Source: a virus (lineage: Duplodnaviria > Caudoviricetes). From it: a DNA stretch of 64,000 nt. The translations under genes were made by a program, and so were the position numbers. The first letter of the stretch is position 1, and every line of letters begins with the position of its first letter. The stretch covers positions 1-64,000 of the IMG/VR virus record IMGVR_UViG_3300026522_000002. The stretch is one strand, 5' to 3'. The notes below the pieces were generated by a model. That model was not told where the DNA came from, did no database searches, and worked only from the letters and a program-made list of their open reading frames with translations. Shown here piece after piece: positions 12,601 to 22,607 of the stretch.

Positions 12601-15519
12601 ATTGATAAACTAAAAAGTCTAAGCGGCGAAGTATATGTAAAACGTGTTGATACAGGAGAAATCTACTATAACTGGCTTAAAGATAGATATGCCGCAGCTG
12701 GAAAATATGACGAATTTTTACAGAAGTATACGTTTACAGCTACCGTAAAGAAATATACCAAACTACCAGACGGTTCGACAAAAGTAACAGAAGAAAAAGT
12801 AATAAGACCTCTTAGTGTTTTTTCATATAAGGCTCCGTTTAATCCGAATTGGGTTGAGTCTCCTGGTGGAACTGGAATATTCTCAGAAGTAGACCCATGG
12901 TCGTCTAATGCGATAGATGATAAATACGATCCTACAGACGCAGACTAGATACAAGTTGACAAAGATATGTATCATGACAAGGAGTTTGATGAACTTATGA
13001 AAAATAAGAAGATAAAGGCGTTTTATGACGAGTGTTTAAAAGCACTTGACAATGCCTGGTCTAAACTCCCTAGTACATATCGCAGAAACAGATACAGATT
13101 ACCACAACGTAGAGATGAGCTTGGTTCCATATCTACAAGAAAACATGGTGCGAAAGCTTGGTGGAATGCCATCAAAGGAGAATTTAAAGTAAACGAAACG
13201 GATGTGGATTACAACGAAGAGTTTACAAGACGCCCAGATGGATCTTTTGTAGAAACAATACCTTTGAGATACATACGAGATCTCGAAGACAAAAACATGA
13301 TCGACACCGACCTTGTTAGCATTCTTACAGATTTCACAGAAATGGCTCAGAATTTCGAAAACAAGCAAGCCATGTAGCCTCTATGGGAACTTGTAGGATT
13401 TTAGCTCAGAGGTGGATTTGCTGGTCGTTCTGAAGGTATTAGTGACCAATCTAAACGATTTGATACTCACAAGAGTATGTATATGTATGGTCGTATGAGA
13501 ATGGGTGTAAACCCTGGTGTGAAGATGGGTAGAGTACAACAGATTGTATCTAAACTTACGTACAAAATGATGTCTCTTGCACATAGTAAACTCATGGTGC
13601 ATAACTGGCCTGCAGTATTAAAGAACTGGTGGGACTCTGGTTCAACTCTTTATGCAGAAATAGCATCTGGCAGAGACTTTGACGTTTCATGCTTCAAAAA
13701 CGCTATTTGGAGAATGGCAAAGGATCTTCCAAATACTGTAATGTCAATGCCTTTAGGTAGAACACACACTAGATGTGAAACTGCCGCTATGATGCAGGCA
13801 AACGGAGTTAGCTCCTCTATACACGAGATGTTTAGAGGTACTAATAAAGCTTGGGCAAGGCGTGTATTAGAGAATCACGGATCTATGGGTGAATACAGTC
13901 TTGTTGACTATATGTACAAGGGATTGATTACTCAGATGATTTACGATAGCGTACGACTCATAGAAGACCCTTTAACCGGCGAACAAGTATTTGCTACAAA
14001 ACAACAGGCTTAGTATTATTACACAAAAGCTGGTTATACAGCAAAAGAAGGTAAAAAGGCTTGGAGAAAAGGTATACCTCATGTAGACGGATTGGGTAAA
14101 ACAGTATACGCTAGAGTTACTTTAGCCGATGCTTTTTATGTAGAACAAGACGGAAAATATACATTAAAACCAGAATTTGAAGATTTAGTAAGACCAGTGA
14201 TAGACGAGTCAACAGGACGTAGATCAAACAAACTCGAGACACAAGTAGAAGGTTTTATACGTGAACGTTCTTCTGTTGTAAACGGTATGTTGGATACTTA
14301 TGATAGAAACGGTGCTCAAACAAACTTTATCGGAGCTGCAATAATGTAGATGCGTGGATGGTGTATTGCTCAACAGGTAGACTATAACAAAGACGGTCAT
14401 GATTTTGCTGTATATGCCGAAGATGATGAAGACTTTGATAAAAATGCATTACAGAAGCTTTATGGTAAAGCTATGAGAAGCGCATATGATTCAAGTGCAG
14501 GTCTTGTACTACAAGAGGCACCTGAAGGATATGAAGGTCAATACGACTTCCTTTCTGGTGGAACTAGACAAGGAGCTTGGACTCTTATACCATTCTTAAA
14601 AGCTTATGCAAAATTGTTCCAAGATCTTAATTTCATCAAATTTGCTATTCCTGATACATCATTAGATAAGCTTGGTGTGGAAAGTAGCACACTTACAGAT
14701 CAACAAAAGTACATAATAGCTCGTATGAACTGTACATTACTTTCAATAGCTGCTACTTCTCTTATCACATTTTTATCTGGTAAAGGCATAGAAGACGATC
14801 CTGATGAATGGATATTATGGCTATTGTATGCAGCATCAACCGCAGGTATTTCTGAACGTGCTGCTCAAATGTGGTTCGTCGGTCTCGTGTTTACTCTTAC
14901 CGATATTATTAAAACTCCAGCGGTGTCAACAGCTTACTATCAAGACTTTGGTTATGCGTTAGATGCAATTCAAGATTTGATGGCACTTATGTACGACAAA
15001 GCTACTGGCGGTAGTGGTAATATAGAAGCACATCAAGTAATTAGTTCTGGAGCATATAAAAATAAGGAAAAATGGCAACGAGATGTATCAAGAGCATCAA
15101 GTTTGATTCCTGGTATATCAGAACTTGGTTTTGATAATTTATATCGTCGTGGAGTATTTGACGGTTCTATCAACGGTTTGCGTTCAACAGCAACTTGGTA
15201 CTATCAAGTCTTTCCTACAAACACGCTTGTATATAGACCACAAGTTACCACAGAAAAAGGTAAACTTCGTAAGGCTAAAGAAGGAGAACTTAAACCACAA
15301 CGAGGTGTATATGGTCTTATATATAATGAAAAAGGTACTAGTTTCGCAGATTATTTCTACGACCCTAATACCAGTATGACAGACAAGCTTAAATTTATGA
15401 TGTTTGGATATAAAGATAACGATGCCAACGATGGTAAGCAGAAGAAAAGCACAAAAAAGAAAGCTATAACTCCTGTATCACCATATGGCGGCAAATCAAA
15501 GAAAAGTTTTGCCTTGTAA
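9616..15519 (+). CDS. Large virion cargo/ejection protein of the RNAP cluster (~1970 aa, TAG=Gln)
   Basis: Frame 1 from ATG 9616 (MQCLVKSNPEV) to TAA 15517-15519, interrupted only by TAG where checked. C-terminal hydrophobic segments. Position directly after the RNAP is typical of crAss-like phages. Confidence 0.8.
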
Positions 15520-15563
15520 TCGTCAATCTATCCTCACGATGAATCAAGCGTATAAAAACAAGC

Positions 15564-15604
15564 AAAGCGGAGCACTTCAGTATTGAAGTGTCCCGCTTTT
15601 TTTG
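15564..15604. terminator. Probable bidirectional intrinsic terminator between convergent modules
   Basis: AAAGCGGAGCACTTCA-GTAT-TGAAGTGTCCCGCTTTTTTT hairpin followed by a T-run, at the strand convergence point. Confidence 0.7.
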
Positions 15605-16077
15605 TCCCAGTAGACTTTAAACTCTGGTTTATAGTCCTCTTCTGGAATAACATTGTTAACAAACTTGCTATACATCACGTACAGCGGATTTAGCATGTAT
15701 CGATTTACATCCGCATCGGTTAAATTCCAAAACGCGAATATTCGCATTTTATCATTATCGCTTAATGCGCAAGCATTATTCATAATACTCTTAATACTTT
15801 TATTTATTATTGTAAAAGCAAAAAGAATAAAATAAGTGTTACCTATGTAAATTTTATACTTGCCATATAGATTCTTCGATGAACTTAACTTCTTTTCTGT
15901 TTCAAACGATTCATTTGTAAGAACGTTTGAAGCATAAAGTAAAAAGATATGATTATCCAAATAAGGACGATTTATATCCTCTGAATAAGCATCTACAAAT
16001 CCTGCTGTAGGACTTATATCTTTTTTTGTTATTTGCTCATCAAGTAGTGGTATGATCAACTTGAATTGTAGGCTCAT
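15577..16077 (-). CDS. Hypothetical protein, end of replication operon
   Basis: 166-aa ORF in operon order. Confidence 0.75.
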   Translation of the reverse strand: MSLQFKLIIPLLDEQITKKDISPTAGFVDAYSEDINRPYLDNHIFLLYASNVLTNESFETEKKLSSSKNLYGKYKIYIGNTYFILFAFTIINKSIKSIMNNACALSDNDKMRIFAFWNLTDADVNRYMLNPLYVMYSKFVNNVIPEEDYKPEFKVYWDKKSGTLQY

Positions 16078-16083
16078 AGGCTC

Positions 16084-17085
16084 TTATAAGTTGAGTTTTT
16101 CGCTTCCATCACCTTCATAATATGCTCGAGTATGATCCCACTGGTCTGTAGTCTGGTGCCACCATATGTCTTGCATTGCACCCAAGATAGTGTCTTTTCT
16201 TGAATACACATCATTTTTATCGATTTCAAACACACGGATCTCATTACTACCTGTAGTATCTATACCTATAATATAGAACTTAAATGTCCAATCATTCCAA
16301 TCTTTCACTCTAAGTTCATATCTTAGATACCATACTACAGCCTGATAGTAAAAACACAACTGTCTCAAATAATCATATTGGTGTATACTTTCCTCAAAGT
16401 GCCACAACTTTTGTGTAGTCTTCAAATCATAAATAATAGCCGTTTTACTTCTGAAATCAAGCGTCAAACCGTCTAACAACGATTTACATTTGACCCCGGC
16501 AGCCATTTTTATATAGTATTCCCAGTTTATATGAAACTCATGGTGATTTTCACTATCTTCATCAATACCAGGTGGATTAATTATTCTCCAAGCAAGTCTA
16601 TGCTCTTTGATATTCTCCTTAATCTTCTCAAGCATTTTGACATCCCAAGGTCCAATCATCTTTCGACTATCATTAGACTTTAGGAAGTCAATATACTCTT
16701 TTAGGTCAGAAGCTATTTTAAGGCCCTCTGAGAGCATTTTCTCTTCAGACCGGTTAGTTGTACTATAGGATGCCTGATATGCGCTTAGAATGGCCTTATT
16801 CGGCTCTATTTCGGCGCTATTTGCCAACTCTTGACAGAACTTCTCTTGCTGTGCAGAAGAAGGTCTACGTTTGTCCCAGACTACATAGTCTTTTTTGAAC
16901 TCTTCAGGCGTTAACAAATAAGAATGTATCATAGTTCCACGCTCCAAAGTACTATTCTTTTCCTCTGGAGGTGGATTTGTAAGCATCTTATGTAAAAAGG
17001 CTGGTCCTTTATTCAAAAACCAACCTATGTTCGAGTTACTGATACGGGATAAGTCCTCGTAGTAAGGAGTATCAATGACCATCAT
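16084..17085 (-). CDS. PD-(D/E)XK exonuclease (RecB/RecE-like)
   Basis: ISNSNI, GTMIH, CKSLLD..IYDLKTT and YLRQLCFY motifs. Confidence 0.85.
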   Translation of the reverse strand: MMVIDTPYYEDLSRISNSNIGWFLNKGPAFLHKMLTNPPPEEKNSTLERGTMIHSYLLTPEEFKKDYVVWDKRRPSSAQQEKFCQELANSAEIEPNKAILSAYQASYSTTNRSEEKMLSEGLKIASDLKEYIDFLKSNDSRKMIGPWDVKMLEKIKENIKEHRLAWRIINPPGIDEDSENHHEFHINWEYYIKMAAGVKCKSLLDGLTLDFRSKTAIIYDLKTTQKLWHFEESIHQYDYLRQLCFYYQAVVWYLRYELRVKDWNDWTFKFYIIGIDTTGSNEIRVFEIDKNDVYSRKDTILGAMQDIWWHQTTDQWDHTRAYYEGDGSEKLNL

Positions 17086-17867
17086 TTTTTCGTAAGATTC
17101 ATATCGTTAAACAAATCTTCAAGAGTCCAATTTGGAAATGCTTTTATCTCCTCTACAAATGATAAAATGTTGTCAAAACTAACACACTTAAAGTGCTTAT
17201 AAACAAAGTCGCTTATCTCCTTTGCCTTAGCCTCATCGTCAATTTTATCACTTACTACCTGTTTAATCATCTCCTCTGACATCTTGTCAAATCGCTTCCA
17301 GTATCGTACACGAGAACAACGGTCCTTAAGGAATTCACTTATCTTTTTATCATCGTTACATGCAAAAAGCATCAGTTTTTTTCCTACAGTATTCATACCG
17401 TCTAGAACCTGCAACAAATCACCCATACTATAATCAGAGTTCTGCTTATCTATCTCATCGAATACAAAACACACTTCTGTGTTTACAAGTCCTTGAAATA
17501 AAGATTTGAATTTGTATTCTGGGAATTCCCTATCAAGTAAGACAATAGGAAGTTCTGACATAAGGGCAATTTGCTTAAGCGTGACTGTTTTACCAGAACC
17601 TTTCAACCCTGATAACATTACACCTGTAACTCCGCTTTCACTATTGCGATACTTATATAATATCTTCTTAATGAAATCGTTATCCTTCTGAGTACTATAT
17701 ATCTTAGATGGAAGTGTAAACATTTTTGCTGTCTCAAACGAGATATCTCCCGTAAAGCGACTATACTTAACATTATACACCTTACCACCTTCGAGTTCGT
17801 ACTCTAAACCGTCCATAGATGGCTTAAATAATATCTTGTCACCTACTTTCAGAAAGTTCTTTTCCAT
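17082..17867 (-). CDS. AAA+ ATPase
   Basis: Walker A GLKGSGKT; Walker B FVFDEIDK; LLQVLDG. Confidence 0.88.
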   Translation of the reverse strand: MEKNFLKVGDKILFKPSMDGLEYELEGGKVYNVKYSRFTGDISFETAKMFTLPSKIYSTQKDNDFIKKILYKYRNSESGVTGVMLSGLKGSGKTVTLKQIALMSELPIVLLDREFPEYKFKSLFQGLVNTEVCFVFDEIDKQNSDYSMGDLLQVLDGMNTVGKKLMLFACNDDKKISEFLKDRCSRVRYWKRFDKMSEEMIKQVVSDKIDDEAKAKEISDFVYKHFKCVSFDNILSFVEEIKAFPNWTLEDLFNDMNLTKK

Positions 17868-18255
17868 GATCTTTTTGACTTAAAAGTTCTTCAATCATTT
17901 CATCTACCTGCTTATGATTTCTCACAAGGTAACACTTCATTTTACTGTTGTGCCTTTTTAGGTAGTATTTGAACAGCTTGTATCGTAATGGAAATGAATC
18001 TCCCATAAGGCCTTTACATTCCACTACAAACGAAGTGTTCTTATATCTACCTATAAAATCAGGTAAATATGTTATTGCTCGAATATTTTCCCCTAAATAG
18101 GAGAATTTTGGAAGCAAGGTGAAGTGCTTTGGCTCATACTTTACAGGTATTCCTGCTTTAGTAAAAGCTTCATAAGTATAGCATTCGAGCTTACTACGAA
18201 AATGTAGTCCATACTTATCGACCTTTGTCGCATTCCTCACCCTGCCTTTATTCAT
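17839..18255 (-). CDS. T7 endonuclease I/DUF1064-like nuclease (resolvase candidate)
   Basis: FRSKLE...YEP...TYLPDF...VVECKG. Confidence 0.78.
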   Translation of the reverse strand: MNKGRVRNATKVDKYGLHFRSKLECYTYEAFTKAGIPVKYEPKHFTLLPKFSYLGENIRAITYLPDFIGRYKNTSFVVECKGLMGDSFPLRYKLFKYYLKRHNSKMKCYLVRNHKQVDEMIEELLSQKDHGKELSESR

Positions 18256-18496
18256 CGACTACATCTTTTATAAACCAATCGATTTTGTCTTTTGCGGGAT
18301 CTAATACTGCAAGGCATGATTTTCCTCCTTTCTTTGCGTGGAAGAATATTTCACTCATTGCAATACTTTCACATGTTGTTACTTCCCACCCATTCTTTTT
18401 AATATGGAGGTACTTTGACTTACTTTCACCATAAAAATATCCAGTGATGGCTGCTGCTGTTACAGCAATAATGCCAAGGATCAATGTCTCAATCAT
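18248..18496 (-). CDS. Small membrane protein
   Basis: N-terminal hydrophobic helix; overlaps neighbouring genes in operon fashion. Confidence 0.6.
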   Translation of the reverse strand: MIETLILGIIAVTAAAITGYFYGESKSKYLHIKKNGWEVTTCESIAMSEIFFHAKKGGKSCLAVLDPAKDKIDWFIKDVVDE

Positions 18497-19469
18497 AGTA
18501 TTTTTCGGTTTCTTTTGTCATCCAGGCTCTAATTTGAGCGAATGTGTTATACTTAACTGCATCAGAAATGTCTTTTGCATTGAACTTTTTGTTGACAAAC
18601 AATGCATCAAACTTATACTGTCTGCTGTATTCACGAGCTTTTAACATTCCTGTCCTATCTCTATCGAACAGTATGACAATATGTTTCCACTTACTCCTTA
18701 ACGACTTTAAAATGTCTTCTGGAATAAATGTTGTTTCACTTGAAGGAGATATAGCATAAAACCCCATCTCATACAAACACATCACATCTTTAAGAGATTT
18801 TGTGATGATTAAGAGATTGCCACCCTCTTTAGGCAACTCGGCTAGCCCCTGAACGTGTCGATTTGTCAGATTGGTACGCCATTTAGTATACTTAGAGGCA
18901 AGTGGACGATAAATCTTAAATCTATCATACACTTTATATGCATACATAGGACTAGCTTCTTTGTAGGTTCCTCTGACGACTCTATTACAAAGAAAGTATT
19001 TTATACTAAAAACATTAAACTTACGTAAAGTGTCTAGCGATATGTGGAATTGCTTCCAATATTGCTTATCTACTTCAGTAAACGGTTGACGAACTATTCC
19101 GATTTCTGTTGGCCCTGAATCCACCGTTTTCACAGATCTTGCTTTTACATCATTGCGTATCGGATCCATTTTTCGGACGATGCGCAACAATTCTCGTTCA
19201 AGTTCATCTCTGGTTTGTATTCCTCTATACAACTTTATGAAACTAAGAGCATTGCCATACGCTCCTGTTCCGTGGTCTTTAAATAACAAAACCCCGTTTC
19301 TACCTTTAAAGATAGCGAACGAGGGCATTCTATCATCAGACCTTAACGGACTATTCATCAGTTGTCCTACCTTGAATTCTCCAAGATAGTAGGAATAGAT
19401 TGCATAGTCATCAACCTTTTCCAATAAGTCTCTAAGACTTGTTGTAATTGCTGTTTTTGTACTATACAT
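18489..19469 (-). CDS. dnaG: DnaG-family primase
   Basis: SPLR..D..PSF...FKDHG N-terminus; TOPRIM IITKSLKD and LFDRDRTG. Confidence 0.9.
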   Translation of the reverse strand: MYSTKTAITTSLRDLLEKVDDYAIYSYYLGEFKVGQLMNSPLRSDDRMPSFAIFKGRNGVLLFKDHGTGAYGNALSFIKLYRGIQTRDELERELLRIVRKMDPIRNDVKARSVKTVDSGPTEIGIVRQPFTEVDKQYWKQFHISLDTLRKFNVFSIKYFLCNRVVRGTYKEASPMYAYKVYDRFKIYRPLASKYTKWRTNLTNRHVQGLAELPKEGGNLLIITKSLKDVMCLYEMGFYAISPSSETTFIPEDILKSLRSKWKHIVILFDRDRTGMLKAREYSRQYKFDALFVNKKFNAKDISDAVKYNTFAQIRAWMTKETEKYYD

Positions 19470-19491
19470 AGGCTTATAGCTCTTATAGTTG

Positions 19492-19626
19492 TACTATTAC
19501 CAAGATTCGAACTTGGATTAACTGCACCATATATGGCCGTTCTATCTTTATGGAGAACGCCTTCCTCTCCTTCCGTCCGACATTTTATCTCGCGGCAGTG
19601 GTATTCCAATTCCCACTCATAATAGT
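19492..19626 (-). ncRNA. tRNA-like RNA with ~65-nt insert replacing the anticodon loop
   Basis: Acceptor ACTATTA/TAATAGT-A; T-arm CCAAG-TTCGAAT-CTTGG; ACTGC/GCAGT stem encloses a large insert. Confidence 0.7.
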
Positions 19627-19648
19627 ATTCTATGTTGTATATATTTAG

Positions 19649-19722
19649 CGGACTATGTAGGACTTGAACCTACGACCCCATGATTAACAGTCATGTGCTC
19701 TAACCAACTGAGCTAAAAGTCC
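19649..19722 (-). tRNA. tRNA-Asn(GTT)
   Basis: Canonical cloverleaf; anticodon arm CATGA-CTGTTAA-TCATG. Confidence 0.93.
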
Positions 19723-19824
19723 ATAGAGGCTAGGTCGCGAGGAACCTAGCCAATCTCGTTTTTATTTATATCCCGCTTGTGAGATCAGTCGAGCGGCCGA
19801 TTTAATGTAGAAATAAAAATGTTG

Positions 19825-19952
19825 TGGGATAGAGCAGAGTCGAACTGCCCAATAGTACAATAACACATTATTTATAAACAATCTAAAATCCAACCATCGA
19901 CGTGTTTTTATGGTATTGTTTACTTTAAGGTTTGTACTATTCCGGATATCCC
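19825..19952 (-). ncRNA. D-armless tRNA-like RNA with a long central stem
   Basis: Acceptor GGGATA/TATCCC-A; 10-bp AATAGTACAA/TTGTACTATT stem; T-arm GGCAG-TTCGACT-CTGCT. Confidence 0.72.
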
Positions 19953-19957
19953 AGTTG

Positions 19958-20067
19958 TGCGGTCGTTTGGAATCGAACCAAACAGATAGGAAAAACGAAA
20001 CTCTCTAAAGAATTTATGATATTTAAAAACCTATCTTGTCGTATGTTTCACAACATCCTGACACCGC
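19958..20067 (-). ncRNA. tRNA-like RNA with an expanded anticodon arm
   Basis: Acceptor GCGGT/ACCGC-A; T-arm TTTGG-TTCGATT-CCAAA; AGATAGG/CCTATCT stem around a ~40-nt loop. Confidence 0.65.
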
Positions 20068-20071
20068 GTAG

Positions 20072-20129
20072 TAGCATGGAGGGGACTCGAACCCCTCTGT
20101 CCAACTGTTCTAAAGCTGGTTACCATGCA
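20072..20129 (-). ncRNA. 58-nt minimal D-armless tRNA-like RNA
   Basis: Acceptor GCATGG/CCATGC; arm CCAGCT-TTAGAAC-AGTTGG; T-arm AGGGG-TTCGAGT-CCCCT. Confidence 0.7.
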
Positions 20130-20234
20130 TGCCAGGGATTGACTGTAACAGAACATTGTTCCAATTGGCCCCGTTCTGTATTTTAATCAACCTCTCCACC
20201 ACTGACCTTTAAATGGTCGTCAGCACCTTATTGT

Positions 20235-20326
20235 TACCGTAGCACGGATTCGAACCGAAATCTTCAACTCAGACGCCGTCACTCTCTCAGGCTCGTTGAT
20301 GTTTTATCCAATTAAACTACTACCGT
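20235..20326 (-). ncRNA. tRNA-like RNA with a 26-nt anticodon loop
   Basis: D-arm GTTT-AATTGGATA-AAAC; TCAAC/GTTGA stem with a large loop; T-loop GGTTCGAATCC. Confidence 0.65.
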
Positions 20327-20360
20327 CGTGAGGGCTATTTCTAGTCTCCACCACTGACCA

Positions 20361-20696
20361 TTAATATGGAAATAATTGTTCAGGATCTTTAAATTGTTTT
20401 AATAGTTGTGGTGATATGTAGTATTTTCCGATCTTATAATCTGCATACTTTACATTTTTTCTTTGTAAATATACTTTTATATTCGGTTTTCCAATAGGAT
20501 GTAACCACCAATAATAAATATCAATGTTTTCATCCAGCGAATTACCAAATTTTGATTGTAATTTCGGAATAATTTGATTTTTGTCAAATTCTATATAATC
20601 TCCACGACCACCATGGACTATTCTATTATATCCTTTTGCAAATAAACTTCCATCTTTAAGAAATATTAATTCCTTAAAATGGCAGGTCGTCAGCAC
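20361..20696 (-). CDS. AT-rich hypothetical protein inserted after ssb
   Basis: ORF with a GYNRIVHGGRGDYIEF motif; exact start uncertain. Confidence 0.6.
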   Translation of the reverse strand: MLTTCHFKELIFLKDGSLFAKGYNRIVHGGRGDYIEFDKNQIIPKLQSKFGNSLDENIDIYYWWLHPIGKPNIKVYLQRKNVKYADYKIGKYYISPQLLKQFKDPEQLFPY

Positions 20697-21291
20697 CTGT
20701 TGTCTCAGTAACCGAAGTACTTGCTCCTACTGGAGCCGCAAACGGATCTGCAGCGGTCTCGTTGTCCGCTACAACTGGGCGCTCAAGAAGATCTTTCTTC
20801 CAGAGCTTAATCTGAGACTGTTCTATACTCATAGGTTCAACAAATGTACCAAGAGAAGATACACGAGTATATCCATTCTTGTCATAAACTACCTTTAAAC
20901 GTAATGGATATTTATTCCATTCGGCCGTTTCTTTTACATTTTCCAATGTGGTTTTTACCCAATTGATCATTTCTACAAAGTTCTCACCTTCAAATTCAGG
21001 TGCGTTTTCATAGAAACAGTTGATGACTTGAAGAATACGACCAAACTGCTGATCATCACGACGTTGTAAATCTTCGTCGGTCTTAATCCACATGTTTTTC
21101 TCGTTTTTCCATTCTGTGAACGAAGCCGTCTGTCCTTCAGCGTTAGTAAAGACAAACTCAATGTAATCTCGTCCTTGTGGAGACTTCATCACATTTACTG
21201 CATTCAATGTTACGTTTTCGTTGATGCCTACAGGCATATATGAGCTGTTAAACTCAGTATTGTTTGTTGTTGCTGTTTTTGTACTATACAT
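20674..21291 (-). CDS. ssb: Single-stranded DNA-binding protein (crAss-type)
   Basis: Acidic C-terminal tail GADDLPF; lies next to a Sak4-like ATPase. Confidence 0.78.
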   Translation of the reverse strand: MYSTKTATTNNTEFNSSYMPVGINENVTLNAVNVMKSPQGRDYIEFVFTNAEGQTASFTEWKNEKNMWIKTDEDLQRRDDQQFGRILQVINCFYENAPEFEGENFVEMINWVKTTLENVKETAEWNKYPLRLKVVYDKNGYTRVSSLGTFVEPMSIEQSQIKLWKKDLLERPVVADNETAADPFAAPVGASTSVTETTGADDLPF

Positions 21292-21314
21292 AATTCCTTA
21301 CTGACTTATAGTTC

Positions 21315-22058
21315 TTATTCTGGTTTATAAACTTTATCCCAATAGGTTGTTAATGAGCCGTCTTCATTTCCCGTAGCAATGACAATATCTCTTCCTGCAA
21401 TATGTTTCGCTCTTGCCTCAAGGACGGAGTCTCCATTGCCACCTTTAAACGAGATATGAGTTTCGTTTTCCTTTCGGTAAACATACCCGACTGCATCGGC
21501 AAGTCCACAAATGATTCTTCCGAGTTTTCCAACGAGGTCGATCTCTTTTGCGTTAACTTCTTGTCCATCTTTGTCTGTAATACTGTCTTTAACGTGTCCT
21601 ATTAGAATAAATTCATCACAAAGATCTTTGAACATGTCAATAACCTTTTTAACGGCATCTCGAAGATATTTATAACCAGCACCTCTTGCGAGAGTAGTTA
21701 CATCATCCCCTTTCCAGTTCTTGCCAAGTTCGGTTTTCCGATACAAATTACAAGCGTAACTCATACAAATATCTTCCAATCGAGTAGCATTATCTATCGT
21801 AATGTGTTTATAAAAATTATGTCCTACTTCCTCATTCTTAGCCCTAATAGCTTGTGCAATCTCTCCCAAATCCGCAATGCTACGTGCTTGTACAGCAAGT
21901 GCATCAATGAACTTAGATCCGCCTTCAAGGTCTATAATGAGATTATTAGGTAATTGTGCCACGCATGAGGTCTTACCAGCCTTCGGAAGTCCATAAAGGA
22001 CCAAATATGAAGGGTTCGTAGACTCTGCTGGTACAGGTTTTGTAGGTAGTACTATCAT
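21315..22058 (-). CDS. AAA_24/Sak4-like ATPase (ssDNA-annealing recombinase)
   Basis: LYGLPKAGKT, IIDLEGG, ITIDN, ILIGH and ADAVGY motifs. Confidence 0.85.
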   Translation of the reverse strand: MIVLPTKPVPAESTNPSYLVLYGLPKAGKTSCVAQLPNNLIIDLEGGSKFIDALAVQARSIADLGEIAQAIRAKNEEVGHNFYKHITIDNATRLEDICMSYACNLYRKTELGKNWKGDDVTTLARGAGYKYLRDAVKKVIDMFKDLCDEFILIGHVKDSITDKDGQEVNAKEIDLVGKLGRIICGLADAVGYVYRKENETHISFKGGNGDSVLEARAKHIAGRDIVIATGNEDGSLTTYWDKVYKPE

Positions 22059-22071
22059 GTTAGTTCTAGAC

Positions 22072-22572
22072 TTAAATGATATTAATGGTAATGTTCTTAT
22101 TACCAGCATTCAGAATGTTGATAATAATCTTCTTTGTTGGTGCACTCAATGTCTTCAAGAAGGCAGTGTTGCTAAAACTGTCATACGAATACAGATCCAT
22201 ACCAATCTGAATCTCATCGTCGTAGAAGCAAATGGGTGTACCGTCAATAAGCTTATATGTTTTGCCGTAAATGAAAGGCAGCGTCTTATACGTTGTCTTA
22301 CCGTAGTTAGCAATAAAGTTTGCGGCCTTTAAGAACTTGTCGTTCTCGTTCAGATAGCCGTCGAAAAGACCAAAGGAATGCTTCTTCTTCGAATCTGCGA
22401 TAATCGCGGAAATCTCGTCATAATCCTTGTTGTAACTCTTATGCAGGTAAGGATTAGTATCCTTTATATTAGCAATAATAAGGTTATCAAGAATCTTAGA
22501 ATAGTTTGTGCCGAGAAAGGAATTGTTATTGTTAGAAGTGTTAGCAATCTTAAAAGTTGTAGTCTTACTCAT
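22072..22572 (-). CDS. Hypothetical protein
   Basis: ORF in the replication operon. Confidence 0.7.
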   Translation of the reverse strand: MSKTTTFKIANTSNNNNSFLGTNYSKILDNLIIANIKDTNPYLHKSYNKDYDEISAIIADSKKKHSFGLFDGYLNENDKFLKAANFIANYGKTTYKTLPFIYGKTYKLIDGTPICFYDDEIQIGMDLYSYDSFSNTAFLKTLSAPTKKIIINILNAGNKNITINII

Positions 22573-22607
22573 ATAGTCAGCCAATATTTAAAAGTTTAAC
22601 AATATGC

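Noticed and set aside
73-13602. Minus-strand ORFs opposite the RNAP and cargo genes, and similar antisense ORFs elsewhere
   Set aside because: They are antisense shadows of long recoded genes and have no recognisable motifs.
1-15519. Fragmented ORFs read as pseudogenes or sequencing errors
   Set aside because: All checked breaks are TAG in a single frame, and a CUA suppressor tRNA is present.
19725-19752. HDV-like/theta ribozyme (TCCTCGCG loop)
   Set aside because: It is a simple hairpin; I could not build the nested double pseudoknot. None was found directly 3' of the suppressor tRNA either.
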